A DNA stretch of 64,000 nt from Thermodesulfobacteriota bacterium (GCA_965215275.1 OZ244044.1:1536001-1600000), one strand, 5' to 3'; shown: positions 51,954 through 61,999, numbered from the stretch's first letter. Program-made: numbers and translations. Notes: a model not told the origin generated them from the sequence alone.

Positions 51954-52028
51954 TTCCAAAATATTGAACGAACTGAGATCTTTCCATCAGAATATCTGCT
52001 GGCTGATTACGGGAGAAGAAGCAGTATT
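51954..52028 (+). repeat. Direct repeat copy B
   Basis: Aligns with 46997-47068 and, in its 5' half, with 28452-28491. Confidence 0.8.
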
Positions 52029-52077
52029 ATAAAAAGTAAGAAGCAGAAAACATTTTACACTGCAATAGTATAATATA

Positions 52078-53985
52078 TTACTGCGAACAAATATCTCTGA
52101 TACATTCGTAAATCATGACCATAGCAAACGTATCAAGTTCACAATATCGAAGAAGAGAATCTTCAATATTATTCCTCTCTTCCTCTGAAATATCAGAAAA
52201 TTGTAAATAATGGTAAGCCATCATAGCTTCTCCACCTTCCGTAATATCCTGAAATTGAGAATTTTCAGAATCAATATAATCTAGAAAAGAAACATTGCTG
52301 TTTAAAAGCTTGTATGGGTCTACAATACTATTACCATTTTTTTGAATCCAAATTTTCTCTTTGAAATTCAAACTTTTAATCTCATCTGATCCATAAATAG
52401 GATTTGAATATTTGTCCTGTAAAAATTTAGATTCATTTAAAATAGCAGGAAGTACTTTTTTAATAGAGTTCGAACCCTTCGTTAAAGGTGAGTAGTAATA
52501 TTCCTTTATTATTCCTTTTCCTAAATCTACCATGGCTCTTTGTCCGTTCTTAATAATTGAGCATATAAATCTTATTAAATCTGCTTTATCATTTTCATGG
52601 GAGTGCTCAAGCTGTTTTTTTATTTTAGTTAAACAGGTATTTTCATGATCCCAGTATCTAAAAATAGTTCCACAATCTTCCTCAAGTGCTTTTTTTAAAG
52701 CTCTTACAAAATCAAAATTAGGAAAAAAGGATGCCTTCGTGTTCAGATATTGATCTTTATGTTCAATTTTCCCACACTCGTCAACAATATGATGAGAGAA
52801 TTGAAAAGCGATCTCTTCATAGGGTCTTTTGCCTTTTGTAAATGGAATGGCAGGCCTTGATGTTTCAAAATCTATAAAATGTAAAGGAAATTTCCATGTT
52901 TTCATTTCATCTCTCAAGCCTTCTAGGTCAATCCAAGATGCCTTGTTTCCGTCACTTTCTTGTTGTATCTGCATTGCTTGTCTTTTTCCTGTAGAAGTTG
53001 AAGTGTTTATATCGGACAATGACAGACTCTTAATCTTAAATTTTTTCTTTTGAATAAAAACATCTATATCTTTATCTTTACAATTATGAAGGTCAAGAAC
53101 TGTCTGATCTTTAAAATCCTCTTTTTTAAAGTTGGCCATCTCTTTCCAGCATTCTTGAAATCCATCTATAAACCCTTGTTTTCTTTGTTCCTCTGTACAT
53201 CTAAATTCACACTTATTACATTTGTTTCCTAATCTCACCTTGATTTTTTCGTCTCTTTTGTATTTTTCAGAAAAAATTTGAACTTCATCTTTAAAACTTA
53301 TAGAACGATCCACTAAACCTTTTCCATCTATGACGTTATCAACACACGGGTCTACGCAAACTTTAGTTAAAATATCTACTTCTTTATCTTCATCTGACAA
53401 ATTAGTGGGTTTAACCACTGTTTTTTTGTTATTTTTATCTTTTATAATTTTAAACTTTCCAAAAAGTCCGTCTACTGAACAAACCTTATCTTTATCAACC
53501 AGCATTAAGAAACTTTTAATTTTATATTCAGGAAAAGCCTTTTTTAAAACATATTTCTGAAAGGCTACATCTTCTATGTATTCTTTCCATCCAGCCTTAC
53601 AAAACTTGCTTTTATCTCTTTTGTATGAGTATGATTTCGACTTAACTTCTATGAGTTCTATTACATCTTCTTTTTTATCCAAAATATCTGCTCGAAGAAA
53701 GAAATTATCAAACTTTATTACTGCTTCAAAAATAGTAACAATGTTTTTCTTCAAAAGTTCATTAGTCTGATCTTCTGCTTCAGAATAATCTAAAGCCTTA
53801 ATATCATGGCCGTTTGGAAAGCGGATCTTAGCTAATTCTCCTACTTGCAGACCACTCTCCATTAGTTCTTTAATAAAATAATCTTCGTCTTTCTGATCAG
53901 GGTACTGATCTTTATCAGTGTAAAATAATTTTCTTGGACACTCTACGGCCAGCTTAAACCGGGATTTTGTTAGATATCTTTCCAT
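52078..53985 (-). CDS. DUF2779-like protein (Cas4/RecB-like nuclease plus RNase H/DnaQ-like domain)
   Basis: LTKSRF..ECPRKL, RADIL..LIEVKS, CNKCEFRC, IDFET, PYEEIAFQFSHH, YCELDT; very AT-rich. Confidence 0.75.
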   Translation of the reverse strand: MERYLTKSRFKLAVECPRKLFYTDKDQYPDQKDEDYFIKELMESGLQVGELAKIRFPNGHDIKALDYSEAEDQTNELLKKNIVTIFEAVIKFDNFFLRADILDKKEDVIELIEVKSKSYSYKRDKSKFCKAGWKEYIEDVAFQKYVLKKAFPEYKIKSFLMLVDKDKVCSVDGLFGKFKIIKDKNNKKTVVKPTNLSDEDKEVDILTKVCVDPCVDNVIDGKGLVDRSISFKDEVQIFSEKYKRDEKIKVRLGNKCNKCEFRCTEEQRKQGFIDGFQECWKEMANFKKEDFKDQTVLDLHNCKDKDIDVFIQKKKFKIKSLSLSDINTSTSTGKRQAMQIQQESDGNKASWIDLEGLRDEMKTWKFPLHFIDFETSRPAIPFTKGKRPYEEIAFQFSHHIVDECGKIEHKDQYLNTKASFFPNFDFVRALKKALEEDCGTIFRYWDHENTCLTKIKKQLEHSHENDKADLIRFICSIIKNGQRAMVDLGKGIIKEYYYSPLTKGSNSIKKVLPAILNESKFLQDKYSNPIYGSDEIKSLNFKEKIWIQKNGNSIVDPYKLLNSNVSFLDYIDSENSQFQDITEGGEAMMAYHYLQFSDISEEERNNIEDSLLRYCELDTFAMVMIYECIRDICSQ

Positions 53986-54096
53986 CTAAATAATCTCTAT
54001 AATGATTTTTAATTTTTCTAAGAGAAAAACAGTTTAAATAAGACAAACCCAAGATCTAGAAAATATAAGAAAATTAACGAGTAATATAGTTTGTCA

Positions 54097-54115
54097 ACTT
54101 AACTATATAATTCCC
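54097..54115 (-). mobile_element. Orphan IS1595-type terminal inverted repeat
   Basis: Reverse complement GGGAATTATATAGTTAAGT matches 1614-1632 at 18/19. Confidence 0.65.
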
Positions 54116-54359
54116 CTTTTTTAACTTCCTCAACCTTATCTGAATATTCTTTTAACATTTCCTTCTCCTTTTAGTTGGTTGTCTATATATATATTCTGAT
54201 CAATAAAAACCACCGGCAGTTATTGATGTTGCTAATACCACATCAGACCGTGAATAATCAGTCAACCTTTAAGCATCGTTACCTGTATAATTCCCAAACG
54301 GATGCTGCGAACTCTTTCGTTCCGTTGTTATCACTCTGGAAATCTAAAAAAGAGGGGCG

Positions 54360-54785
54360 TTACTGTATGGTCTCGGTGGAAAATTCAGAGCGTGGAATTG
54401 GCATTGGGGAAGAATGATGAAGAACGATGTTCCACTGTTCTTCTTTGCTCTCAAAAATATTGGTGGTTTGTGCCACCGTTATGATCATCCGATTTTTGAT
54501 TATATAGCTTATCTTTTCCGTACAGTTCAACCATGCCGAACCGTCATCATTAACGTCTATATAAACGTTTGATATCTCAATACTGGCAAATCCACCGGTG
54601 TCGAATATTGTCTGCCAGCTTTCACGAATTTGCTCCCATCCCCTTATTATGGGCCATCCCGGGTGAATACACTTTACATCGCTTGTTTTAGCCCACAGAT
54701 CTTCCATCATTGAAAGGTTCGCAGTGCGGATAGCCTCATAGAACCTTTTGTTGATCTTCTGTATTTTTTCTTTTACCTCGTTCAT
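54360..54785 (-). CDS. SnoaL/NTF2-like domain protein
   Basis: NKRFYEAI, CIHPGW..GWEQIRESW, TNIF, LHHSS. Confidence 0.88.
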   Translation of the reverse strand: MNEVKEKIQKINKRFYEAIRTANLSMMEDLWAKTSDVKCIHPGWPIIRGWEQIRESWQTIFDTGGFASIEISNVYIDVNDDGSAWLNCTEKISYIIKNRMIITVAQTTNIFESKEEQWNIVLHHSSPMPIPRSEFSTETIQ

Positions 54786-54815
54786 GTCAGATAAACCACT
54801 TTGTTTTATTAACGG

Positions 54816-55943
54816 TCAGCTGGCCATCTCAAGAATGTTGTTCAGTTCTGTAACGACGCCTTCATCCTGTTCCGTTTCGATCATTGCTTTTAAAGATCCC
54901 AGGCACTCTCTTCCCTGTATTTTCCACAATGCCCATACTGCGTGCCTGCGTATAAGAGGGTCGTCATCTTTAATGAAATCCTGCAGTATATCAGTATACT
55001 TGGAATCCTGAGTGTTGCCAATGGCTACCAATGTGTTTCTTATCAGACCTTTTCTTTTCGTTCTTTTTACCGGACTGTTCCTGAAGATCTCAGAGAAGGT
55101 TTTCTGGTCCAGTCCGAGAAGGTATTCTAACTCTGGCTGATAAAGCTGTTTTCTTGGCAGGAACTGACCGTTTTTAGTGGCAGGTGCTTTAGCGTTCCAG
55201 GGACAAACGTCCTGACATATATCGCATCCGAATACGTTGTTTCCAACTGCTTCGCGATATTCGTATGATATTTCATTCTTATTTTCTATCGTAAGATAAG
55301 AAATGCAGCGCGAAGAATCAATAACATAAGGTTTTCTGATCGCGTCCGTCGGACATTCGTCAATGCACTTTGTGCAGGTACCGCACCTGTCAGGTACAGG
55401 GCTGTCGTATTCGAGTTCCATGCTTGTGATTATCTCTCCGAGAAAGAGCCAGGACCCCAGGTACTGATTGATAGTGCAGGTGTTCTTTCCGGTCCAGCCA
55501 ACGCCGGAGTATTTGCTGTACATCCTTTCAAGTACTGGTCCTGTGTCAACGTAAGTCAGATAATCGTTGTCCTCAGTATTTTTTTCTATAAAGTCCTTTA
55601 ATCTGTTGAGTTTGTCCTTCATGACCGCGTGGTAATCATCTCCCCATGCGTACCTTGATATCCATCCCTTTTCAGTGTTTTTTAATGAAGTTGAATAGGG
55701 ATTATCGGAGTTGTAGTTGATCGCACATGAAATTACCGATCTGGCATCTGGCATAATGTTTCTTACGTTTTCCCTTTTTTCCGGGTTTTTCGACATATAG
55801 GACATGGCTGCTTCAAATCCCCTGCTGAGCCATTTTTTGTAAAATTGACTTTCGGGGTAGTCGTCAACGGGGGCTACGCCTATCAGGTCAAAACCTATTC
55901 TGTGGCCTTCCTCTTTAATTCTGCCCGTTATCTCTTTTTGCAT
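54816..55943 (-). CDS. queG: Epoxyqueuosine reductase
   Basis: SRYAWGDDYH, VDTGPVLER, CGTCTKCIDECPT, GCDICQDVCPWN, HEAT-like tail. Confidence 0.95.
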   Translation of the reverse strand: MQKEITGRIKEEGHRIGFDLIGVAPVDDYPESQFYKKWLSRGFEAAMSYMSKNPEKRENVRNIMPDARSVISCAINYNSDNPYSTSLKNTEKGWISRYAWGDDYHAVMKDKLNRLKDFIEKNTEDNDYLTYVDTGPVLERMYSKYSGVGWTGKNTCTINQYLGSWLFLGEIITSMELEYDSPVPDRCGTCTKCIDECPTDAIRKPYVIDSSRCISYLTIENKNEISYEYREAVGNNVFGCDICQDVCPWNAKAPATKNGQFLPRKQLYQPELEYLLGLDQKTFSEIFRNSPVKRTKRKGLIRNTLVAIGNTQDSKYTDILQDFIKDDDPLIRRHAVWALWKIQGRECLGSLKAMIETEQDEGVVTELNNILEMAS

Positions 55944-56403
55944 GGATTATTAAGTTCCCGATCTCTCCAAAGGCTTTTGTACCGCTGAAATTGGAGACGT
56001 ATTGTGCTTCCATTTTTAGCTCAAGCGGAGCATTTATTGTTGTGGTTGAGAATCTGCAGTGTCTTATCAGATCCAGATCTTCCACTTCATTGCCCATAAC
56101 GACCATGTCCCTGAACGAGTAACTGCCTTTACAATAGGAAAGGATGTCTATTTTTCTGTTCCCGTTCAGCTTAATAAGCTCCATTCCAAAGGAAGTTCCC
56201 TTTCTGACCGATCTTTCAGAAGAGTTAAATCCTAAAACCTCTACTCCAATATCGTTTAGTGAAAGTATCAGGTCCTTGCTTTTCTTTTTCCGGACCTTAA
56301 GGTGGCCGGGATCGCCTGAACCGTCACTCAACGCTCCGACGTTAACAATAAAGAGTTTTGTGCTTTTTACCTTTTCTGAAATATCTTTTCTTAGTATCAG
56401 CAT
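55915..56403 (-). CDS. Degenerate KdsC-like HAD-fold protein
   Basis: KLFIVNVGALSDG and MGNEVEDL align loosely to KdsC DVDGVLTDG and GDDxxD. Confidence 0.5.
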   Translation of the reverse strand: MLILRKDISEKVKSTKLFIVNVGALSDGSGDPGHLKVRKKKSKDLILSLNDIGVEVLGFNSSERSVRKGTSFGMELIKLNGNRKIDILSYCKGSYSFRDMVVMGNEVEDLDLIRHCRFSTTTINAPLELKMEAQYVSNFSGTKAFGEIGNLIIHAKRDNGQN

Positions 56404-56524
56404 TGGCTTTAATTGATCTTTTTTACAGTTAAACTCATAAGTTACTTACCATGATTTTAAATTCAATTGATGATTTTGGTAAAAACGATTTAAGAAGGCA
56501 TATTATCATTTCAGGTGTTGTAAT

Positions 56525-57775
56525 ATGGCAGTAAAAAAAGATAACGTTGGAATAATAGTTGCAGGTGGTCCCGCTCCTGGGATCAACGGCGTTATAAGTG
56601 CGGCTACGATCGAAGCTCAGAACAGAGGAAAGAAAGTAATAGGGATACTGGATGGTTTTAAATGGATCGCAAAAGGCAAGATAACAAAGGCCATGGAACT
56701 GACAATAGACAACACTTCAAGGGTCCATACCCAGGGTGGGTCAATAATAGGTATTTCAAGAGAAAACCCGTTTTCCACTCCTGCCCGAACTGAAAGTACC
56801 ATTAACTCCTTAAAGAAACTGGGGATCAAGTATCTGCTTACCATTGGAGGTGACGGTACGATGTACCTGGCGGACAAGCTCGAGAGAGAGATGAAAGGGG
56901 CCGTACAAGTGGTCCATCTGCCAAAAACGATCGATAATAACCTTCCGCTTCACGTTAACGATTCCACTTTTGGTTATGAGACCGCCAAACATATCGGAAC
57001 TGAGATCGTCAGCTATGTTATGGAAGATGCCAGGACCACTCGCAGGTGGTTCCTTATCGTTACCATGGGCAGAAAGACCGGTCATCTGGCAATGGGGATC
57101 GGTAAATCGTCCGGGGCGACCCTGGTGCTGATCCCTGAAGAGTTCAAAGACGAAAAACTACCCGTGAGGAAAATAGTGAAGATCCTTGAAGGTTCTATAA
57201 TCAAAAGATTAAAAACGGGAAGAGACTATGGCGTTGCAATAGTTGCCGAAGGGATCGCCGGAAAGATAAACAGCGAGGATATTAAGGGAACAACGGCCGT
57301 GAGGTACGACCATCTTGGAAGAATAAGATTTTCTGACTTTCAGCTTGCACCTTTTTTAAAACGTGAACTTGAGGAAAGTTTGAAGAATAAAGGAATAGAT
57401 ATAACCATAGTGGAGAAAAGGATCGGTTACGAACTTCGTTCCGCACCTCCTATTCCGTTCGACCTCTGTTATACAAGGGATCTGGGTTATAGTGCGGTAA
57501 AATATCTGCTAAGCGGCGGGACCCGTTCGTTGATCTCGATCAAGAATGGAAAAATGATCCCGCTGGATTTTGATACCTTGAAGGATAAAAGAACGGGAGC
57601 AATGAAAATACGGTACGTTGACATAGAAACGGAGTCTTACGAGGTTGCACAGAGATATATGATCAAGTTAAAAAAAGATGATCTGAAAAATAAGGAAGCA
57701 GTGAAAAAAATGGCTTCGGTCACGAATATGACACAGAAGGCGTTCGTTGAATATTTTTCGGAGGTTGCCGAATGA
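56525..57775 (+). CDS. 6-phosphofructokinase (Pfp-like clade)
   Basis: GGPAPGIN, IGGDGT, PKTIDN, MGRKTGHLA, GYELRS. Confidence 0.9.
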   Translation: MAVKKDNVGIIVAGGPAPGINGVISAATIEAQNRGKKVIGILDGFKWIAKGKITKAMELTIDNTSRVHTQGGSIIGISRENPFSTPARTESTINSLKKLGIKYLLTIGGDGTMYLADKLEREMKGAVQVVHLPKTIDNNLPLHVNDSTFGYETAKHIGTEIVSYVMEDARTTRRWFLIVTMGRKTGHLAMGIGKSSGATLVLIPEEFKDEKLPVRKIVKILEGSIIKRLKTGRDYGVAIVAEGIAGKINSEDIKGTTAVRYDHLGRIRFSDFQLAPFLKRELEESLKNKGIDITIVEKRIGYELRSAPPIPFDLCYTRDLGYSAVKYLLSGGTRSLISIKNGKMIPLDFDTLKDKRTGAMKIRYVDIETESYEVAQRYMIKLKKDDLKNKEAVKKMASVTNMTQKAFVEYFSEVAE

Positions 57776-57993
57776 TGGCAGGACCATCGGATCTTGGCGA
57801 TCTTGACGATAACGTCGTTTTAAGTTTAAAAAGGTATGGAAAGAAGATAAAAGGGTACGAGTTAGTTCAGATGCTTAAAGCGGATTTTGCCTGTTCAGAA
57901 CTTGAAATAAAGCAGTCACTTGTGAGGCTTATCGGTTCCAGGACAGTCAGAAAGACGGGCTCAGGAGAGTATCTGCTCGTGGATCATCAGTAG
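57772..57993 (+). CDS. Small hypothetical protein (possibly winged helix)
   Basis: ATGA overlap with the PFK stop, RBS GGAGG. Confidence 0.5.
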   Translation: MMAGPSDLGDLDDNVVLSLKRYGKKIKGYELVQMLKADFACSELEIKQSLVRLIGSRTVRKTGSGEYLLVDHQ

Positions 57994-58089
57994 GCGGTCG
58001 GTCACCTGTTCAATTTGCCGGACCGCTTCTATTAAGTTAATATAGCAGTTAAGATCATGAGTTGTTTGTTGTTTTGATATGGAGATCTT

Positions 58090-59256
58090 ATGGATATAAA
58101 ATGGGCAAAAAGGATAGAGGAGTTACCACCTTATCTGTTTGCAGAAATAGATAAAAAGAAAAATATTCTGATCGAAAGAGGGGTTGACGTTATCGACCTT
58201 GGCGTGGGTGATCCTGATATTCCCACCCCGGGACACATTATCGACGCTTTAAGTTCAGCTGCAAAAGACCCTGCCAATCACGTTTATCCTTCTTACATAG
58301 GTATGATGGCTTTTCGTGAAGCGGTCTCCGATTGGTATAAAAAGAGATTTAACGTGGACGTTGATCCCGCCAGTGAGGTTGTTACGCTGATAGGTTCCAA
58401 GGAAGGTATAGCTCATGCTCCGCTGGCTTTTCTCGACCCGGGCGATATTGCACTGGTACCTGATCCGGGTTACCCGGTTTATCCGGTAGCAACGACTTTT
58501 GCAGGGGGCATACCTTATAACATGCCGCTGCTTAAGGAAAACGGTTTTCTTCCGGACCTTGATGCGGTTCCCCAGAAAATAGCCGATAAGGCAAGGATCA
58601 TGTTTTTAAACTACCCGAACAACCCTACGACCGCCGTCGTTGACAAGGGATTTTTAAAAGACGTGATAGGGTTTGCTTCAAAAAACAATATTCTGGTCTT
58701 TCATGACGCGGCATACACGGAAATTGCGTTCGATGGTTACGTACCTCCCAGTTTTCTGGAAGTGGAGGGTGCTATGGACGTCTGTCTGGAATTTCACTCG
58801 CTTTCAAAAACGTTCAGTATGACGGGTTGGAGGATTGCCTTTGCAGTTGGTAACGGAAAAGCCGTTTCCGGGCTCGGTAAGATAAAGACCAATATTGACT
58901 CGGGCGTGTTTCAGGCGGTTCAGGTCGCAGGGATAGAGGCATTGAAAAATTACGAACTGGGTCTTGAGGATAGAAAGAGGGTCTATCAGGAAAGGATCGA
59001 TCTTTTCTGTAACGGCCTGCGTGATGCCGGTCTGCGTTACGACAAGCCGAAGGCAACGTTTTACGTGTGGTTTGAGGTCCCTGACGGTTTTACTTCATCC
59101 GAGTTTGCTTCGAAACTGCTTGAAGACGCCGGTATCGTTGTTACGCCGGGAAATGGATTTGGCGGATCGGGTGAAGGTTATGCAAGGGTTTCGGTAACTT
59201 TTGATACCGAAAGGATAGCCAAGGCAGTGGACAGGATCAGAGAGTTTAAATTCTGA
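58090..59256 (+). CDS. dapL: LL-diaminopimelate aminotransferase
   Basis: LPPYLFAEID, DLGVGDPD, GSKEG, NYPNNPT, HDAAY, HSLSKT. Confidence 0.85.
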   Translation: MDIKWAKRIEELPPYLFAEIDKKKNILIERGVDVIDLGVGDPDIPTPGHIIDALSSAAKDPANHVYPSYIGMMAFREAVSDWYKKRFNVDVDPASEVVTLIGSKEGIAHAPLAFLDPGDIALVPDPGYPVYPVATTFAGGIPYNMPLLKENGFLPDLDAVPQKIADKARIMFLNYPNNPTTAVVDKGFLKDVIGFASKNNILVFHDAAYTEIAFDGYVPPSFLEVEGAMDVCLEFHSLSKTFSMTGWRIAFAVGNGKAVSGLGKIKTNIDSGVFQAVQVAGIEALKNYELGLEDRKRVYQERIDLFCNGLRDAGLRYDKPKATFYVWFEVPDGFTSSEFASKLLEDAGIVVTPGNGFGGSGEGYARVSVTFDTERIAKAVDRIREFKF

Positions 59257-59278
59257 TAGTTCACCTGAGTTCTTACAA

Positions 59279-60763
59279 TTGGAAATTCTGCTTCTTTTTA
59301 CCAAAATAACCTTAACTGCCATATATACGGCTTCCCTTTTATTTTTATGCGTTTTTGGACTGCACAGGCTCTATCTGTCCGTTTTGTATAAAAGATACAG
59401 CAGCCGGGATACAGGACCTTTATCCAAGGTCATCAGCCGTCCAAGGGTCACCGTGCAGCTTCCGGTTTATAATGAGATGTACGTTGTTGAAAGACTTATA
59501 GATGCCGTTTGCAAGATCCGTTATCCAAAGGCCCTGCTTCAGATCCAGGTCCTTGATGATTCCACTGATGAAACGACCAGTATAGTTGAAAGGTCCGTGA
59601 GTAAATACAAACGTCTGGGTTTTGATATTGAGTGTATAAAAAGAGATAATCGTCAAGGTTACAAGGCAGGTGCACTGAACGAAGGTTTAAAAAGTGCCAC
59701 GGGAGAGATCATCGCTGTCTTTGATGCCGATTTTGTACCTCCTGAGGATTTTTTGAAAGACACGATAGACTGCTTTTCAGATCCTGAGGTCGGAATAGTT
59801 CAGACAAGGTGGGGTCATCTGAACCCGAACTATTCGATTTTAACAAAGGCCCAGGAAGTCCTTTTAAATGGGCATTTTATAATTGAGCAGACTGCAAGGT
59901 TTAAGCACGGGGTGTTCGGTAATTTTAACGGCACTGCCGGACTGCTGAGAAAAAGCTGTATCCAGTCTTCGGGAGGCTGGCAGCACGACACGCTGACCGA
60001 GGACCTTGATCTTAGCTACAGGGCACAGATGCAGGGCTGGAAGTTCGTTTACCTGAAGGACGTGGTTTCTGATGCTGAACTTCCGGTTGACGTGAACGCT
60101 TTTAAATCGCAGCAGCATAGATGGGCTAAGGGCGGAATTCAGACCGCCAAGAAACTCCTTCCTGAAATACTGAGGTCCAAAAAGCTCTCCGTTAAAATAA
60201 AGGCAGAAGCCGTTTTTCACCTGCTGGGTAATATGTCGTACCTGTTTCTGCTTACCCTTTTGACGTTCATGCTGCCTATGAGCTATCTCTGGGGGTCCAT
60301 TGGGTGGTATGAAATGATAGTTATTAACGTTGTAACGGTATCCACGGGGACAGGTGGTGTTTTCTATTTTTATTATTTAACGATAAAGGAAACGTATGGG
60401 GATAAATGGAAAAAATATATTAAATATATCCCTGTGGCAGTGTCGCTTGGCGCCGGACTTGCGGTCAATAATTCAAAAGCCGTTCTTGAAGCGTTAAGAG
60501 GTAAACGGTCCGAGTTTAAAAGAACTCCCAAGTACGCCGTCAATAACAAGCGTGACGTCTGGATGAACAGGGATTACGTCAGTTCAAATGACGTTACTGC
60601 GTTTTTTGAACTGATGATAGGTTTTTTAATTTTGTTTCAGACATGCTATGCCTTCTACGTGAGCAGTATATTATGGGTGCTGTTCTTTTTAATGATCCAG
60701 TTCGGCTTTATATATATAGCCCTGTATTCGTTTATTCACAGCTGGATGCGAAAAAGGACTTAA
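59279..60763 (+). CDS. GT2 processive glycosyltransferase (cellulose synthase-like)
   Basis: QLPVYNE, DDSTD, KAGAL, FDADF, TEDLDL, QQHRW; N- and C-terminal TMs. Confidence 0.9.
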   Translation: MEILLLFTKITLTAIYTASLLFLCVFGLHRLYLSVLYKRYSSRDTGPLSKVISRPRVTVQLPVYNEMYVVERLIDAVCKIRYPKALLQIQVLDDSTDETTSIVERSVSKYKRLGFDIECIKRDNRQGYKAGALNEGLKSATGEIIAVFDADFVPPEDFLKDTIDCFSDPEVGIVQTRWGHLNPNYSILTKAQEVLLNGHFIIEQTARFKHGVFGNFNGTAGLLRKSCIQSSGGWQHDTLTEDLDLSYRAQMQGWKFVYLKDVVSDAELPVDVNAFKSQQHRWAKGGIQTAKKLLPEILRSKKLSVKIKAEAVFHLLGNMSYLFLLTLLTFMLPMSYLWGSIGWYEMIVINVVTVSTGTGGVFYFYYLTIKETYGDKWKKYIKYIPVAVSLGAGLAVNNSKAVLEALRGKRSEFKRTPKYAVNNKRDVWMNRDYVSSNDVTAFFELMIGFLILFQTCYAFYVSSILWVLFFLMIQFGFIYIALYSFIHSWMRKRT

Positions 60764-60837
60764 AGGTTACGAAAGTTTTTTTGTAAATTTATTTTTGAGT
60801 ATTTCTGAATTAATATCACACTTTGTACCATTGATCA

Positions 60838-60922
60838 GCCGAAGTGGCGGAACTGGTAGACGCGCAGGATTCAGAATCCTGTTCTCGCTTAGAGAGTGGG
60901 GGTTCAACTCCCCCCTTCGGCA
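60838..60922 (+). tRNA. tRNA-Leu(CAG)
   Basis: Acceptor stem GCCGAAG/CTTCGGC, anticodon arm CAGGA-TTCAGAA-TCCTG, long variable arm, GGTTCAA T-loop; CCA not encoded. Confidence 0.95.
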
Positions 60923-61015
60923 TTCAGTTGTATATGCCCGGTAATCTGCTGATGAGATTGGGTCATTTTTTAGTTATTATATTCAGTATCTTGAGTTAAC
61001 AGGAGAGCGAATCTT

Positions 61016-61999
61016 ATGAAAGCTATAATCTATCATGAGCCTGGGGATGTGGAAGTGCTTAGGTACGAAGACACTGATGTTCCGGAAGTTGATAATTACG
61101 AGGTCCTTGTAAAGGTCAGGGCATCGTCAATTAACTCTCTTGATCTGAGGTTGAGGTCGGGAAAATCTCCCCGTCCCGTTGATCTGCCCCACGTTGGAGG
61201 TATTGATATTTCCGGAGATATCGAGAGCACCGGAAGCGATGTATCAAGTGTAAAGCAAGGGGATAGGGTTGTTGTCGATCCCACGGTAAGACTGGAAAAA
61301 GGTTTCAAAGTTATCGGAGTTAATCTCTGGGGTGGCTTTGCCGATTACGTTAAAGTGCCTGAGACGAACGTTGTAAAGATCCCTGATGAACTGTCATATG
61401 ACCATGCTTCGGCCCTTCCCGTGTGTTACGTGACCGCTGTATACGGGCTTGTAAGCAGGGGAGGATTAAAAGCTGGGGAAACTATCGTCGTTCATGCGGC
61501 AGGAAGCGGTACTGGCAGTGCTGCCGTGCAGATCGCAAAGCATCTGGGAGCCAGAGTGATAGCAACGGCCGGAAGTGATGAAAAGCTCGAAAAAGCAAAA
61601 CAGATCGGTGCTGATGAAACGGTCAACTATAACACCTCCGATTTTGCAGAGGTGATAAAGGGCGGGGTGGACGTTATATTTGATCAGGTCGGTGCGAGTT
61701 TCTGGGACGGGAATCTTAAAATACTCAACTCCAGGGGAAGACTTCTGCTCGTTGGAGTGGTTGGCGGTGGAATGGTAGAAAAAGTAAATATCGGACCAAT
61801 GATAATGAAGGACATATCGGTGCTTGGAGTTACGATGTTCAATGCCCCGCAAACTGTTTTAGAGGAAGTGGTCGGACTTGCCGCTGAAGGAAAGGTCCAA
61901 CCGGTTATCGATAAAACTTTTCCTCTGTCCCAGGCATCTGAAGCTCAAAAGATGCTTCAGGACCGGCAACAGTTTGGCAAGGTCATCTTAAATCCTTAG
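61016..61999 (+). CDS. MDR-family NADPH:quinone oxidoreductase-like protein
   Basis: GGIDISG, HAAGSGTG, PVIDKTFPL, FGKVIL. Confidence 0.88.
   Translation: MKAIIYHEPGDVEVLRYEDTDVPEVDNYEVLVKVRASSINSLDLRLRSGKSPRPVDLPHVGGIDISGDIESTGSDVSSVKQGDRVVVDPTVRLEKGFKVIGVNLWGGFADYVKVPETNVVKIPDELSYDHASALPVCYVTAVYGLVSRGGLKAGETIVVHAAGSGTGSAAVQIAKHLGARVIATAGSDEKLEKAKQIGADETVNYNTSDFAEVIKGGVDVIFDQVGASFWDGNLKILNSRGRLLLVGVVGGGMVEKVNIGPMIMKDISVLGVTMFNAPQTVLEEVVGLAAEGKVQPVIDKTFPLSQASEAQKMLQDRQQFGKVILNP

Noticed and set aside
46997..52028. Integron attC or dif/pdif sites as the direct repeat
   Set aside because: No RYYYAAC/GTTRRRY boxes with internal palindrome, no XerD arm, no integrase
60838..60960. tRNA-Leu as an island integration site
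   Set aside because: No integrase or duplicated tRNA 3' end; flanked by ordinary metabolic genes
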